A stretch of DNA of 64,000 nt, taken from Octopus vulgaris. Its lineage: Eukaryota. Below the pieces are notes generated by a model, which saw only the letters and a list, made by a program, of their open reading frames with translations, was not told the DNA's origin and did not search any database. Shown here piece after piece: positions 38,355 through 53,212 of the stretch. Made by a program: the position numbers and the translations under genes. The stretch is from positions 43,276,001 to 43,340,000 of the forward strand of contig OX597827.1 of the NCBI GenBank assembly GCA_951406725.2, in the 5' to 3' direction. Position 1 is the stretch's first letter, and every line of letters begins with the position of its first letter.

Positions 38355-38418
38355 AATTTCCTGATGATGTCCCATATGACGGTATGTTAGGTCATATAGT
38401 CGCGAAGCTGTTAAAATT
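38355..38418 (+). ncRNA. Degenerate type-I hammerhead-like motif
   Basis: AATTT-C-CTGATGA...ATATGAC/GTCATAT stem...GAAG (for GAAA) CTGTT-A-AAATT. Confidence 0.4.
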
Positions 38419-38650
38419 ATGACGTTTAATTATATAGAAATCTAGGTGGTCGGTCGATTTGGTAAAAACAACAGCTAAATAAATCTCAGATCATAATATG
38501 GCTGTGTGGTAAAAAGTCTGCTTCCTATGCACTTGGGTCTGGGTTCAGTTCCACTGCGTGGTACCTTGGTAGAGTGTTCTCTACTGTTGCCGCGGGACGA
38601 CCAAGGCCTTTGTGAGTGGATTTCGTAAACGGAAACTGAAAATCGTCGTT

Positions 38651-38704
<54 letters not shown>

Positions 38705-38833
38705 TACACACACACATATATATGCATGTATGTGTGTGTGTATATACATATATATATATACACACAGGCATATACACACATACACATATATATAGTTTAT
38801 ATATATATATATATTTATATATGTATGTATATA

Positions 38834-38944
<111 letters not shown>

Positions 38945-39024
38945 TCCAGCATGGCCGCAGTCAAATGACTGAAACAAGTAAAAAAGAGAAAAAGAGAGAA
39001 AAGAGAGAGATACATATGTATATG

Positions 39025-39055
<31 letters not shown>

Positions 39056-40640
39056 ATCCGTATGCATGTGTGTATATGGACGTGTGTGTGCGTGTGTGTG
39101 TACATTTGTGCTTGTTGCCCACCACCATATGACGATTGGTGTTGATGTGTTTGCGTCCCCGTAACATAGCTGTTCGGTAAAATAGACCGATAGAGATTTT
39201 TAAAAAAATCAATAACAAAACATGCACATCGTGGGGTCGATTCTGTCGACTGAATCCCTTTAGGGCCTTGTCTGAGCTTTGGCTGCCATCCAATAACCTT
39301 TAAAAAATGCCGTCTTGAAATACTATCAGGAGCACAGAAGAATGTTTTGCATAACGTAGTCGTAGATATTTCGTAACTCTAATGGAAGGTCACGGTTGGA
39401 ATATATGGTCTTCTTGATCAGGGTTGGTCTGTGGCCAAACAACAACGACAACAACAACGATATGACTCACTGGTCGAGCATTTGGCATCAGATTGAAAAG
39501 TTTCAGCAAAATCACGTGTGCCGTGTTAATGTTTGGTTTTCGCTGGCGTTGTCCCATTATGGCCACAGTGAAATAGCTGGAACCTATAAAATATTTATAT
39601 CCGTTTCGTCTTGCAGGTCCTGAGATCGGGAAAAAATTGTAAAGCGGGAGAGGTAGAGAGAGAGAGAGAGAGAGAGAGAGGGGAGGAGAGTGAGAAAGAA
39701 AGGAGAGGTAGAGAAGTAGAGAGAGAAAGAGAGAAAATAGAGAGAGGAGAAGAGAGAGAGGGGAGAAGTAGAGAGAGAGGAGAGGAAAAGAGGGAGTTGA
39801 GGAGGAGAGAGAAAGAGAGAGGGAGACAGAGAGAAAGAGAGAGAGGAAGAGGAAAGAGAGACAGAGAGAAAGAGAGAGAGGTAGAGAAAGAAAGAGAGAG
39901 AAAAGGGAGAGTAGCAGGGGAGAGTGAGAGAGAAAGAAAGAGACAGAGAAAGAGACAGAGAGTAAGAGAGGTAGAGAGAAAAGAGAGAGAGAGAGGAAGA
40001 TAGAAAATGGGAAAAGAGGGGGACGTAGAGAGTGGGAGAGAAGGAGGGAGAGATAGTGTAGGTACGTATGTTATCGTGTGTATGTGTATGTGAATGTGTG
40101 TGTGTGCGTGTGTACGTATATGCATGTGTGGAGAGTGTGTGTGTGTGTGCCTCTCACTTTGGTTCCGTGTCAATTAGAGATAGAGAGAGACGCCGAGTGA
40201 AGGAGGAGACAATTGTTAGAGTGTGTAAGAAGCAGAGAGGTAAAGAGAGAGGGAGAGATAGAGAGATAGAAACAGAGAGAGACAAAGGAAAAGAGAGAGT
40301 GAGAGACAAAGACAGAGACTGACAGACAGACAGACGGAGAGAAAGAGAGAGAGAGAGAGAGAGAGACTGAGAAAGAGAGCAAACGTGAATATGAATGGAT
40401 GAGAGTAAGGAATATCTACTGAAGAGGAGAAGTGTGCGTGAGACTGATTGACAAAGAGAGGAGAGTGAAAGAGAAAGAGATAGATTGATAGATATATACA
40501 GAGAAGAGAGAGAGAGAGAGAGAGCGGGAAATAGAAAGAGAGAATAGTAGAGAATTAAAGTAGAAAATGGAAGTTATACTAAAGTTCAAGTTGAAGATGA
40601 AAAAGAAGAGGTTGTTGTGGGACTGGCGGTGGTGGTGGAG

Positions 40641-40671
<31 letters not shown>

Positions 40672-40868
40672 TAGTGGTGGTGGTGTGGTGGTGGTGGAGA
40701 CAGTGGTGGTGGTGGGGTGCAGGAGAGAGGGAGTGAATGAAAAACGAGAGAGCAAGACAAAATGGCGCCCACCGTACAGGACATCTATAATGTATAAACT
40801 GCTACAGTTCATATTCTGTCAATTTACCGGTTGATTGACTGGTATATACATGCACACATACACAAACA

Positions 40869-40902
<34 letters not shown>

Positions 40903-40961
40903 TATGCATACACATACACACACACACACACAAATATGCATACATAAATATGCATACACAT

Positions 40962-40992
<31 letters not shown>

Positions 40993-41179
40993 CCCGCGCA
41001 CACATATATAACATATATACATACATACATATAAAGGTGTGTGTGTGTGCACGCGTGTATACTTTTACATGTTTCAGTCCTAAGGCTGTGGCTATGCTGG
41101 AGCACCGCCAATATTCATATAAATACATACATACATACATACATACATACTTACATACATACATATATACATACATACA

Positions 41180-41215
<36 letters not shown>

Positions 41216-41331
41216 TGTGTGTATATATATATATATATATTTGTATGGATGTATGTATGTATACAAGTATGTATGTATGTATGTATGTATGTATGTATGT
41301 ATGTATGTATGTATGTATGTATGTATGTATG

Positions 41332-41384
<53 letters not shown>

Positions 41385-42004
41385 TTGAAATACGAGAATT
41401 GTTTCCATGAATTCATGAAATTTAATGAAATTAGTTCGAATAAAATTCCTGATAGTTCGTACAATATAAACAAAAAACCAGTGTTGTGAAGATGAACTTT
41501 TGCTTACCCACAAAGCAAGTGTTAAAAATAAAATTTAATACAAGAAATAATATATAAGAAATTAACGTGTCGATGTTCTATGTGGTTGACATGTTGAAGT
41601 AGACGTTTGCCTTAATAGGTGGATTAGAATTAAAGAGAGAAATATTTCCAAGCGTAACAGTTATATGTCCAGCGAAAGTGGAACCGTGCCAAATTTTTTA
41701 ATGAAACTGCCACCGAGATGCACGTATAGGCTGTTGTGTTATGAAACGCAAATGGCTAACGGGTATATATTTGGGTCCCATGTCTAAGTCGCCTCCTGTT
41801 CCCACCCCATCTACACTCTCCCCTCCACCACCATTTTATAGAAGCAAGTTCACAGTCTATCCGAAAACCGAAAAAATTCTCTGAAAACGTGGGAATATAT
41901 CAGACTCAAATATCTCGGATATAAACTTTTCCACCCTCTCTTTGTGTGTATATGTGTGTTTATATACATGTTCATACATACATACATACAAACATACATA
42001 CATG

Positions 42005-42090
<86 letters not shown>

Positions 42091-42389
42091 CATATATACA
42101 TATATATAGTCGTGGTTGAGTGGTTAGAAGCCTGCTTCCGAACCACATGGTTAGGGTTCAGTCCCACTGCGTGACACTTTGGGCTTCTACTAGTGTCTTC
42201 TACTATAGCCTTGGGCCGACCAAAGCCTTGTGACGGAAACTGAGAGAGGCTCGTCGCATATATATTCTTGTGTGTGTGTGTGTAAGTTACTGTATTTACC
42301 GCCCCTCCGCCATTGCTTGACAACCGATGTTAGTGTGTTTACGTCCCCGTAACATACCGGTTCCGCAAAAGATACCGATATGTTTTAAA

Positions 42390-42600
42390 TTAGTAAGCGT
42401 TCAAAATGGCAGCATATTCCTTTGTACACACTTTGTTCAGCGTTCGTTTAACAATCTTAAAATAATAAATTATTTTTGTATGAAAAATTGAATTATACCC
42501 TCTGAATATTCTTGGAGCTTGACTTTTTTCACTGTGCCATTCAATCCTGAATTTTATAACACTTAGTACATATTCCAAATAAATGTAGACTTTCTGTACT
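42390..42600 (-). pseudogene. Highly decayed Penelope-like GIY-YIG C-terminal fragment
   Basis: STFIWN...KFRIEWHSEKSQ...CTKEYAAIL resembles PLE LSKYIWxL...IxW...LCxxEKxxI. Confidence 0.4.
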
Positions 42601-42643
42601 TTGTTTCATTGGTGACGCATATTAATTTGTGGTAAATTGGTGA

Positions 42644-42697
42644 CTATTCGATGATGGAATATTTCTTTTGGAAATATTCCCTAAAAAACTTTTATAG
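42644..42697 (+). ncRNA. Degenerate hammerhead-like motif
   Basis: CTAT-TCGATGA-T-GGAATATTTC/GAAATATTCC (10-bp stem II)-CT-AAAAAAC-TTTT-ATAG. Stem I CTAT/ATAG is present but the core is mutated. Confidence 0.35.
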
Positions 42698-43092
42698 CAT
42701 AACTATGCTACAAAAAGTGTGTTTGCGCCTATATTGACTACATTTACACGAACAGATACATACACACCTACCTTCACCACCTACCCACCCACACATATAT
42801 ACATACTTATACTCTTACTTGGAATGACCAATTTTAAATACTGTTGGATCTTACTCATAAGGTATGGGAATCTTACATTGTGTACAAACTTTATACTTGG
42901 AATGAACAATTTTAAACACTGTTGGATTTTTCTCAACAGGTATTGGAATCTTACATATGTACCATTCTGCCTAAAAAATGGATCTACAACTTCAAGATCC
43001 CTACATATCTCACATCTATTTTCTTTCCTCCACCTCACTCTCTATTTTGTACCCAATCTAAACTAACTATTACTTAACCATCCTCTCACACC

Positions 43093-43144
43093 GTCTCCGA
43101 TGAAGGGATATAATTAATAAATATCCTGGAAACAGCTGTAAGAC
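43093..43144 (+). ncRNA. Minimal type-I hammerhead ribozyme, PLE type (U4C variant)
   Basis: Stem I GTCT/AGAC; core CCGATGA; stem II GGGATAT/ATATCCT; GAAA; palindromic stem III ACAGCTGT; GUA cleavage triplet ending at 43140. Confidence 0.72.
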
Positions 43145-43240
43145 CTTCTAACTATAAATGTTCTAATATCTACACAGCCTTGGTTTTCTTTTATCTCATT
43201 ACGGAAAACATTCTTATATACTTATACTCTTATACATATA

Positions 43241-43620
43241 CTAGCAGTATCGCCCGGCGTTGCTCGGGTTTGTTTTCTTTTCGACCCTTTAGAATTGGAA
43301 TTTTTGAAAGTAGAAATTTTGCCTCATGTGGCTTGTTATTCTCTTTAAGTGAACATTTTTCTGGTTGAAATACACCGAAAAATGGCGATACAGCAGTCAA
43401 ACAATTGTAAAAAATAGGGATTTTCATAGAAAAAAAGCACCTTTTTGATGTAAATAATTTTTGGTCTTAACATGGTCCGATTTGAAGAGCAAGCCTTCTT
43501 CTATCATACTCTCAATTTTGGTCAACTTGCGCCTCAGGGTCTCGGAGGAGATAGTGTTAGTTGCAGGCTACCAAACCTACCACACACAGACAACTACAGC
43601 TTTATATATATATATATAGA
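43241..43620 (-). mobile_element. Non-autonomous Helitron
   Basis: Plus strand A|CTAGCAGTATCGCCCGGCGTTGCTCGGGTTTG is the same 3' end as 9857-10238; the other end is GA|T. Confidence 0.85.
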
Positions 43621-44682
43621 TGTATAACACTTGTATAAACGGATATGTATGCAACTTCGAATATTGCGACTTGCAGAGCTATCGACAATGAGGATGACGG
43701 TCAGGCGCTTAGTAACGAGCGTTCCTCGAAAATCGACAGATTTTTCAAGGAACTGGAATAGCAATTGCTATATATGGCAGCCATGTTATTTTTTTAGTTT
43801 GTTTGTTTATTCACTCGGACAACAATGGCTGCCTGTTTTCCGAAGCAGCTTAGCTGTGAAGTAGATGACGTTTGGATGAATTTTCGTCGGAATTCTGTCT
43901 TTTACCCACTTGATAAAACTGCTAAAAGGATTTTCACGAGCTTTTTAATAGCTCAGGGATGGAACTTGATTTAAATGGAAAGGCAATATTGATGGTGAAC
44001 GAAATATACTTATGGCCGTCTTGGATAGCTTTAGATTTATTAATGACTGAAGTGTTGCTGTTACTGTTGTGTTGCTTGTTGTTGTTGTTGTTACATTGGT
44101 GGGGTTGGCGGTGGCGGTGGTGGTGGTGGTAGCAGTGTGGTGGCGTTGGTGTGCCTGTTGGTGCCAGCCGTGAAAGCGAAATTACATGAGCTGTGCATTG
44201 TGAACTGTTTTTTTTATCGTAATCCTGTTTTCACAACAGTAAGTTGTAGAGTAAAAACAGTGTGTCTCTTCCACATACATACATACACATACATACATAC
44301 ATACATACATACATACATACATACATACATACATACATACATACATACATACATGCGTACATACATTCGTACTTACATACATACATACGTACGTACGGAC
44401 GGACGGACGTACATACAAACATCATACAAAACATACATGCACTTCCATATATATATATATATACACACACATATATGCATATATACATACACACATACAT
44501 ACATATATACATGCACACATACATACATATATACATACACATACATACATATGTACATACAGACAAACATACACACACACACAAACATAAATGTATATAC
44601 ACACATACAGATAGAAAGAATGAAAGATAGAGAGAGAAAAATAGATAGATAGACAGACAGATAGACAGACAGACAGACAGAC

Positions 44683-44743
<61 letters not shown>

Positions 44744-44771
44744 ATATATATAGATAGATAGAGAGAGAGAA

Positions 44772-44828
<57 letters not shown>

Positions 44829-44986
44829 AAGATAGATAGACAGAAAGAAAGACAGATAGATAGATAGGTAGGTTTAGATAGATAGATAGATATACTTATA
44901 CATGAATATTACACAAGTACACATACAAGTAAAGAATATTTGTATATGTATATATACATAGAAATAAATAGAGCGAGATAAACAGC

Positions 44987-45072
<86 letters not shown>

Positions 45073-45461
45073 CAGAAAGCCAGAGAGGTGGAAGAATAAA
45101 ATGATTAGTAACGTAGACCGTGTTAGTTTTCAATGGCTGTAAAGAAGGAAGATTTTCTTCACAGATCATTACACGTTCTCATCTCTAGTTGACGGCGCTG
45201 CCATGTTTATTCTCCTCCTAAGATGTCATCAACATGTTGTGCTCCCACGTGACATATGAAGCTGTAGCTAAATCAATACTTCTACAATGCCACATGTAAA
45301 TAGGGGCTGCATTGGGACTGTATATATAATTTAATATAATATATATATTCTTTCATTCTTTTACTTGCTTTAGTCATTTGACAGCAGCCATCATGGAGCA
45401 CCGCCTTTTAGTCGAGCAAGTCGACCCCAGGACTTATTCTTTGTAAGCCTAGTACTTAGTA

Positions 45462-45915
45462 TGGACACTGATATATATCGACAAGAGGAGGGTTTAGCTA
45501 TGGGTTCGCCATTATCACCGTGATAGCCAATATATACATGGAATACTTTGAGAATTTGGCTTTCAGATCAACACCAAATACTATGGCTATGATATATTAA
45601 TGACACCTTTATACTCTGGCCCCACCAGGAAGATGTCCAAGTGCTGTTAGATCATGTGAACTCAATAATGCCATCCATACAGTTCACAATGGAAAAGGAA
45701 AAAGACAATCATCTAGCATTCCTGGACGTATTAATAACACGCACCAAGTATGGATTCAGGATATCCGTACACCGCAAGATGACCTTTACTGGACGATACC
45801 TCAGCTTCAATTCTCAACATCCATACAGTATAAAGAGAGGGATTGCTCAGTGCCTAAAACATCGTGCAAAGAATATAAGTAGCGATCGTGATACACATCA
45901 TGAAGAAATGATCAA
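45462..45915 (+). pseudogene. Penelope-like element reverse transcriptase fragment
   Basis: YRQEEGLAMGSPLSP, IANIYMEYFE, YINDTFILW (YVDD-like), IQFTMEKEKDNHLAFLDVLI, VHRKMTFTGRYLSFNSQHP. Confidence 0.93.
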
Positions 45916-46290
45916 GCGGAAGGGCTGTCGCGTATTGTCCTTACCTTCGGAACGCGGAGTAGATGAAACAGGGAACAACTGATGATATAGATGTATAACA
46001 CTTGTATAAACGGATAAGTATGTATGTATATATGTATGTATGTAGTAATGCAAGTGTGTATGTATGTTGCATGTCTCGTTTCTCTGTTTTTTTATTCGTT
46101 TTCTGTTTTTGTTTTTATGTTCTAGTTTCTCATTCTGTCTACGTTTTTTTTTTGATGTCCTGTACTCATATATGGATGTAATATACATATATATATATAT
46201 GTAGGTATGTACATATATGTATGTATTTATGCAGATATTTATATATTATTTATATATCATATTATATTATATTATATTATATTATATCTA

Positions 46291-46409
<119 letters not shown>

Positions 46410-46639
46410 TTACGTCAGGCTTCTTTCATTTTCCGTTTACCAAATTCACTCACAAGGTTCTGGTTGGCCCGAGGCTATAGCAAAAGACACTTGCCAAAGG
46501 TTCCACACAGTGGGACTGAATTTGGAACCGTGTGGTTGGTAAACAAGCTTCTGACCACACAGCCACGCCTGGACCTATATATTCATTCTTCTATTTTTGT
46601 CAGCTCTCATTTATTTTCTTCCCTTTCTGAATACGTTTT

Positions 46640-47140
46640 TCGATCTCTGTAATTACATATTTATGTCGGGAGCTCTTGTTGTCCTTAAACATTGCATAAA
46701 AGCAATTTGAGATCTTTACCCTTCGTCTCGGGAAATACTGCTTTTGTGTGTATTAGTTCTTATCAGTGGGGCAATCTTAATACATGAGTCATTTATTATG
46801 GCATAAGTTCTTTGCGTTTCATGTCATAGACTTTGCACAGGGAGACTTTAATTTAGGGTCCTTTTTGAAGTGATTTTCAATCGGCTTTGTGACAGTTGAA
46901 GAGGGATAGATTTTGAGAGATCACTATGTGATAGATATCTTTCATTATTAGTTCGATTACGTTGTGGTCTGAAAAAAGAAAAAAATGTTATCTACCCTAC
47001 GGCTCCGTGGATAAGTTCTATGTAATTGGCGAAGAAGAGATCCAAGATATTGTTACTCTTGGTTGAAAATGGTATGATCTCTTCCGTATATATCGATTTA
47101 ATGAAACCAAGTGAAGAATGTGCTTGATTCTGTTCTTTAC
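46640..47140 (-). pseudogene. LINE APE endonuclease C-terminal fragment, very decayed
   Basis: IPFSTKSNNILDLFFAN matches the PTRxxNILDLxFTN motif. Confidence 0.6.
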
Positions 47141-47297
47141 GTGACACACACAAACATGCACATACACACACACGCACGTACACATATGCGTATATATATT
47201 CATAATATTCGTACATATATATATGCAAATATATGTATGGGTATATATATTAAGTAAATCTCTTTCTCCCATTCTCTCTCCCACTCTCCCTCCCTCC

Positions 47298-47330
<33 letters not shown>

Positions 47331-47928
47331 CATATATATGTATGTGCGGACCTATGTATATATCTATATCAGTATGTATATATATATATAAATATATATA
47401 TATATACATATATATATGTATGTATATGTATATATGTATATATGTATATACATATATATGTATATATATATATATGTATGTATGTATGTATATATGTATA
47501 ATGTATATATATAGATGTATGTATGCATATATATACCTACCTACTTACATACATGTATATATATATATATATTTGTATGTGCGCGTGTATGTATTTATGT
47601 ATCTATATATGTACGAACGTACGTATGTATGCATGTACGTACCTGTCTATGTATGTATGTATGTATGTATGTATGTATGTTTGTATGGGAAGCAAATCTA
47701 AAGAAATCACTAAAACGTGAAAACCACAATCGATAGGCAATAGAAGAATTGAACAACATTTGATCACTTGAATACTTACACAGAATATGGCGTCTTTAGA
47801 AAAACATTACAGTAAACAGTTTGAATACACCATTGTCTGGATATATACTAACATAACACACACACATGCACACACGTGTGTGTATACATATATATATACA
47901 CACATATACATATATATAAGTATATATA

Positions 47929-47974
<46 letters not shown>

Positions 47975-48103
47975 AAAGTATATATATTTATAAGTATATA
48001 TATATATATAAGTGTATATATATACTTGCAGCCATCAATATTAGCGTCTAGACTTAGTATATATGCATCGTGTGTGTGTGTATGTGTGTATGTGTTTGTG
48101 TGC

Positions 48104-48199
<96 letters not shown>

Positions 48200-48413
48200 C
48201 TCAATTGCTTTCTCTTCTCGGCAAGTTTGCCTCCCTCCACTTTCCATGGATGCATGTATGTATGTATGTATGTATGTTTTTATGCATGTATGTGTGTATG
48301 TATATATGTAAGTGTGCATGTATGTGTGTGTGTATGTATGCATGTATGTATGTACCTATGCGACAATGTGCCTATGTATGTATGGTTATATTTACATATT
48401 TATATGTATGCAT

Positions 48414-48455
<42 letters not shown>

Positions 48456-48667
48456 GTATATATGTATATACATATGGGCTTGTGTGTGTATATCTGCATT
48501 TTTATGTACTTTCTTATGTATTGACGTTCTGTTCACTTTTTCTATGTGTGCCACATTGCGTGTGCCTGAGTGTGTGTGTGTGTGTATACACACACATATA
48601 CATATGCATAGCAATATTTTCCTATACGTATGTATGTACGTACGTATGTATCTATCTCTCTCTTTAC

Positions 48668-48701
<34 letters not shown>

Positions 48702-49429
48702 ATAAATGCACTCGCTTTTGCTTAGCTGTTCACACGCTCTCACACTCGTATACATATCTAAAGATGCACACACACACAAACACACACACACACATACTTA
48801 TACACACAAATAAAATATTGAAATGCACGTAAAAAGCGAAAGAACCAGTCCACCATCCTGAGAATCAAGAAGCAGCCTCTTACTCACTTCCACTCCTTTA
48901 CCTACACACACATACACGCGAACACACCCATATCCACATACACACAAAGTCCCACACTTATACACACACATATACACATACACAAATACGTTCACACAAT
49001 GACGCACAAACACACAAACACACAAACAATGCAAGTATACAAGTTTACAATATGTATACACTACACAGAATATAAAACATTAGCAACAAAAAATATATCA
49101 AGAAAAAGATGGTGACGTTTTTTTTTTTCTTTTATTGAATCAACTAACTGAATTCTACGTGATTTTTTGCCAAAATCTCATCGGTAAAGTGGAACTACAA
49201 TGGTAGAAAGAAGAACAACTGCAACAACAACAAGAATTGTAGCAGCAACAACAACAATAACACTCGCAATAAGAATTAACCGGAAATATCAGTAGCAACA
49301 ACTAATAGTAGCAGCAGCAGCAACAACGAGAAGAAGAACGGAAAATATCAACAACAACAACAACAATAACAAGAGCAGCGACAACAACATTAACTAAAGA
49401 TAGATTGCAAGAGCAACGGCAAACATCAA

Positions 49430-49624
49430 GCACTACCGCACCACCAACAACGATGACAACGACGATGACGACGACGACGATGACGACGACGACGATGATG
49501 ATGATGATGATGATGGTGATGGTGATGATGATGATGGTGGTAGTGATGATGACGACGACGACGGCGATGATGATGATGATGATTGTGGTGGTGGTGGTGG
49601 TGGTGATGATGATGATGGTGGTGG

Positions 49625-49658
<34 letters not shown>

Positions 49659-49698
49659 GGTGATGATGATGATGGTGTTGGTGATGATGATGATGGTG

Positions 49699-49730
<32 letters not shown>

Positions 49731-50271
49731 GACGACGGCGATGATGATGATGATGATGATGATTGTGGTGGTGGTGGTGGTGATGATGATGATGGTGGTG
49801 GTGGTGGTGGTGGTGGTAGTGGTGATGATGGTGGTGGTGGTGGTAGTGGTGGTGGTGGTGGTGGTGGTGGTGATGATGGTGGTGGTGGTGGTGGTAGTGG
49901 TGGTGGTGGTGGTGGTGGTGATGATGATGATGACGATGACGACATGGACGACAAGAACTGACTGAAAATATCTACAACAGCATCAACAATAACAACAGCA
50001 GCAGCAGTAGCTGTGGTGGTAGCAGCATCAGCAGCAACAACAGCAGCAGCAACATCATACCAACAACTATAACAACAACAACAACAACAACAACAACAAT
50101 AATAACCAAGTGTTTGGATGCAATAACAATAATAACGGCAACAACGACAACAACGAATCCGACAGGAAGAACCGAAGACATCAACAACAACCACAATAAC
50201 AACAACAACAACAATAGCAACAAGCAGTAGAAACTGGTGTTTGGATGCAAATGACAATACCAACAATGACA

Positions 50272-50326
<55 letters not shown>

Positions 50327-50367
50327 CAACAATGACAGTAATAATAATAATAATAATAATAATAAAC

Positions 50368-50429
<62 letters not shown>

Positions 50430-50440
50430 CAACAATGACA

Positions 50441-50492
<52 letters not shown>

Positions 50493-50503
50493 CAACAATG
50501 ACA

Positions 50504-50579
<76 letters not shown>

Positions 50580-51000
50580 TAATAATGATAATAATAACAA
50601 CAACAACAACAACAACGGTACAAATTATTTAAACAAGAAAAAAAGCCTTCAGAATTATAGCAATAAACAGCAGAAGTGAAACAGAGGAAAGAGAAAGAGG
50701 AGAAGAATGGAATTGATGGCGAAGTCTAACACTGATGGAAAGCAGTCATCGTCTCCACCACCATCACCTTCCTTGTCCCTTCTCCTCCATCTCCGCCTTC
50801 ACCTCCATCTCCGCCTTCACCTCCTCTCCTGTTTCTCTACTTCTTCTTTGTCGTTGTCCTCGTCGCCATCACCCACCTCCTCCTCCTCCTCCTCCTCTTC
50901 TTACTCTTCTTACTCTTATTACTCCTCCTCCCCCTCCTTCTTCTTACTCCTCCTCCTCCTCCTCCTCCTCATCATCATCATCATCAACAACTTCTTTCTC
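49430..51000. repeat. Trinucleotide low-complexity block (GAT/GGT, CAA/CAG, AAT, CCT)
   Basis: Directly visible. Confidence 0.95.
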
Positions 51001-51094
51001 TCATTCTTCCCCATCTTCTTCATGTACCTCACCAAATATCCCTCTTCATCCTCATATCCACCCCCCCTTCGTCGTCGTCATCTGTTGCGATTGC

Positions 51095-51640
51095 TATGTT
51101 AAACTGGGTAAAAAAAGCTGCAGAAATTTACGAAATGCACCGTCGAGACTGATTATTGGTTAATTTCTATGGAACCGAGCATCTGCTTTACTCTGACACA
51201 AAAGGCCAGATAGCGAAGTCCACCAGAAAGCTCATAATTGTCTTTTTTTTCCGACAGCAAGGGCATCATCTACAACCACTGGGTTCCCTCTGGCCAGACA
51301 GTCAACAATGAATACTTTCTGGTGATTTTGAGGGAGCTCAACAGAGGTATCGTCGCAAATGACACCAGGATAGTGCACCAATTCCCGATTCCTTTCAGGT
51401 AACCAGTTATCTTACAGAGATGGTCATCAAAATTGTCCCTCACGATCCCTATAGTCCAGGCCTTGCTCCCTGCGATTTGTTCCCTTGTTTCTCAAATTGA
51501 AGAACCTCTGAGATTCTGAAGACACTGAGATGAATGAGGACTGTGACCAGATTCCTGGACTTCTTCACTTTGGAGGACTTCCCTGGAACCTTCACGAAAT
51601 GACTGGAGCCTTACAACAAGTGCTTTGAAGTTAGAAGATT
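51095..51640 (+). pseudogene. Mariner transposase, decayed and internally deleted
   Basis: FFDSKGIIYNHWVPSGQTVNNEYF, HQDSAP, VPHDPYSPGLAPCD. Confidence 0.85.
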
Positions 51641-51797
51641 CTAATTTGAAGATTAGATTTTTGTAATTCATCTGAAATTAATAAAATTTCCTCGAAAAGT
51701 CTCAAAATTTCTAGAATGCACGTTGTGGGTATATGGATATACATATATAAATGCATGCGTACATGCATGCACACATACATATATACACACACATACA

Positions 51798-51902
<105 letters not shown>

Positions 51903-52029
51903 TGTGTTTCCAATCAATCTGCTGATAAAGTTACATTCGTAAAGGCACCCCATACTACAATTCCGCATTAGAAAGCTCTAATTTTAAGAGTAGTATAACT
52001 TATATTGACTTAAATCTAGACAGAACATG

Positions 52030-52670
52030 AAGACGTCGACAGAGAAAAATATTATGGCACAATCCTCCATATAGCATGGATGTGGCCACTATCATATGTA
52101 GAAGATTACTGAAACTCATAGATACTACTTACCATCACTCATATAAATATCACAAGATCTTCAACAGGAATACTGTCAAAGTTAGCTATAGTTGCCTCCC
52201 TATAAGAGGGTCACACAATAAAAATAGCAACATTGGGATCATCTCTCCAAAATCCTATAATTGTAGATCCCCGTACAGCTGTCTCTTGAACCATATCTAC
52301 CTGCAAAGAGATATAGTGTACAAGGCCATCGTTACGGATTTGAACGGAACAACAAAAATTTGCAGTGGGATGACGGGAAACGCCTTCAAATAGAGATATA
52401 CGCAGCATTTAGCTTCGTTTAGAGACTAAAGCAAAACATGCACAATAATTTTATCCAATATGGTTTTATCATTTAATGAGAGGAACTTAAAGAACTCCCC
52501 ACCTCTAAATTAGAGCATCATAACTACGGCCATCAAATACAGGATATGGGTCATCCAATGAGAGTTCTATATTACTGATAAACTAAATATAACATCAGCA
52601 ATAAACGTCTTAAATAACAGGGAGAAAACCATTTCCACCTGCATTCACAAGCAAAAATTCATATTTTGAA
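52030..52670 (+). pseudogene. Penelope-like element C-terminal linker and GIY-YIG endonuclease fragment
   Basis: RQRKILWHNPPYSMDVAT, HKIFNRNTVKVSYSCLP, NCRSPYSCLL, IVYKAIV...GMTGNAFK*RYTQHLASFR, STCIHKQKF. Confidence 0.9.
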
Positions 52671-52877
52671 ATTTCAGGCATTCCCCCACCTCCGCCACTT
52701 TTCCAGCTGGATAAATTTTTCTTTGGACATCGATTATATGCGCATTATGCATTATATGAATATTATGCATAAAATACATACGCTCCCATGAACGTATTCT
52801 GGATTCCATTTCCGCCCGTTGCGATTTAAGGTTTTTGGGGTCCTTACGGAATCCTAGCTCTTTGAGACTAAGTTATG

Positions 52878-52959
<82 letters not shown>

Positions 52960-53108
52960 TCTCAAATGGAGTGAAAGAGATAGGGATGCGTATGTTTTTG
53001 AACATTGGCGGGTATCTGTTTTGCTAACAATATCTGAATGGCGATGTTTAAGCAATACGCTCATATATAAATATATAAATGCCGCTGTTTATATATAAAT
53101 ACACATGC

Positions 53109-53144
<36 letters not shown>

Positions 53145-53170
53145 TACCGTATATATAGTATATATATGCT

Positions 53171-53212
<42 letters not shown>

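Noticed and set aside
47876-48832. 318-aa ORF and the many similar [12 protein letters not shown] ORFs
   Set aside because: Dinucleotide and tetranucleotide microsatellite artefacts.
49433-50623. 396-aa minus-strand and overlapping poly-M/V/N/S/P ORFs
   Set aside because: Stop-free frames of trinucleotide repeats, open on both strands.
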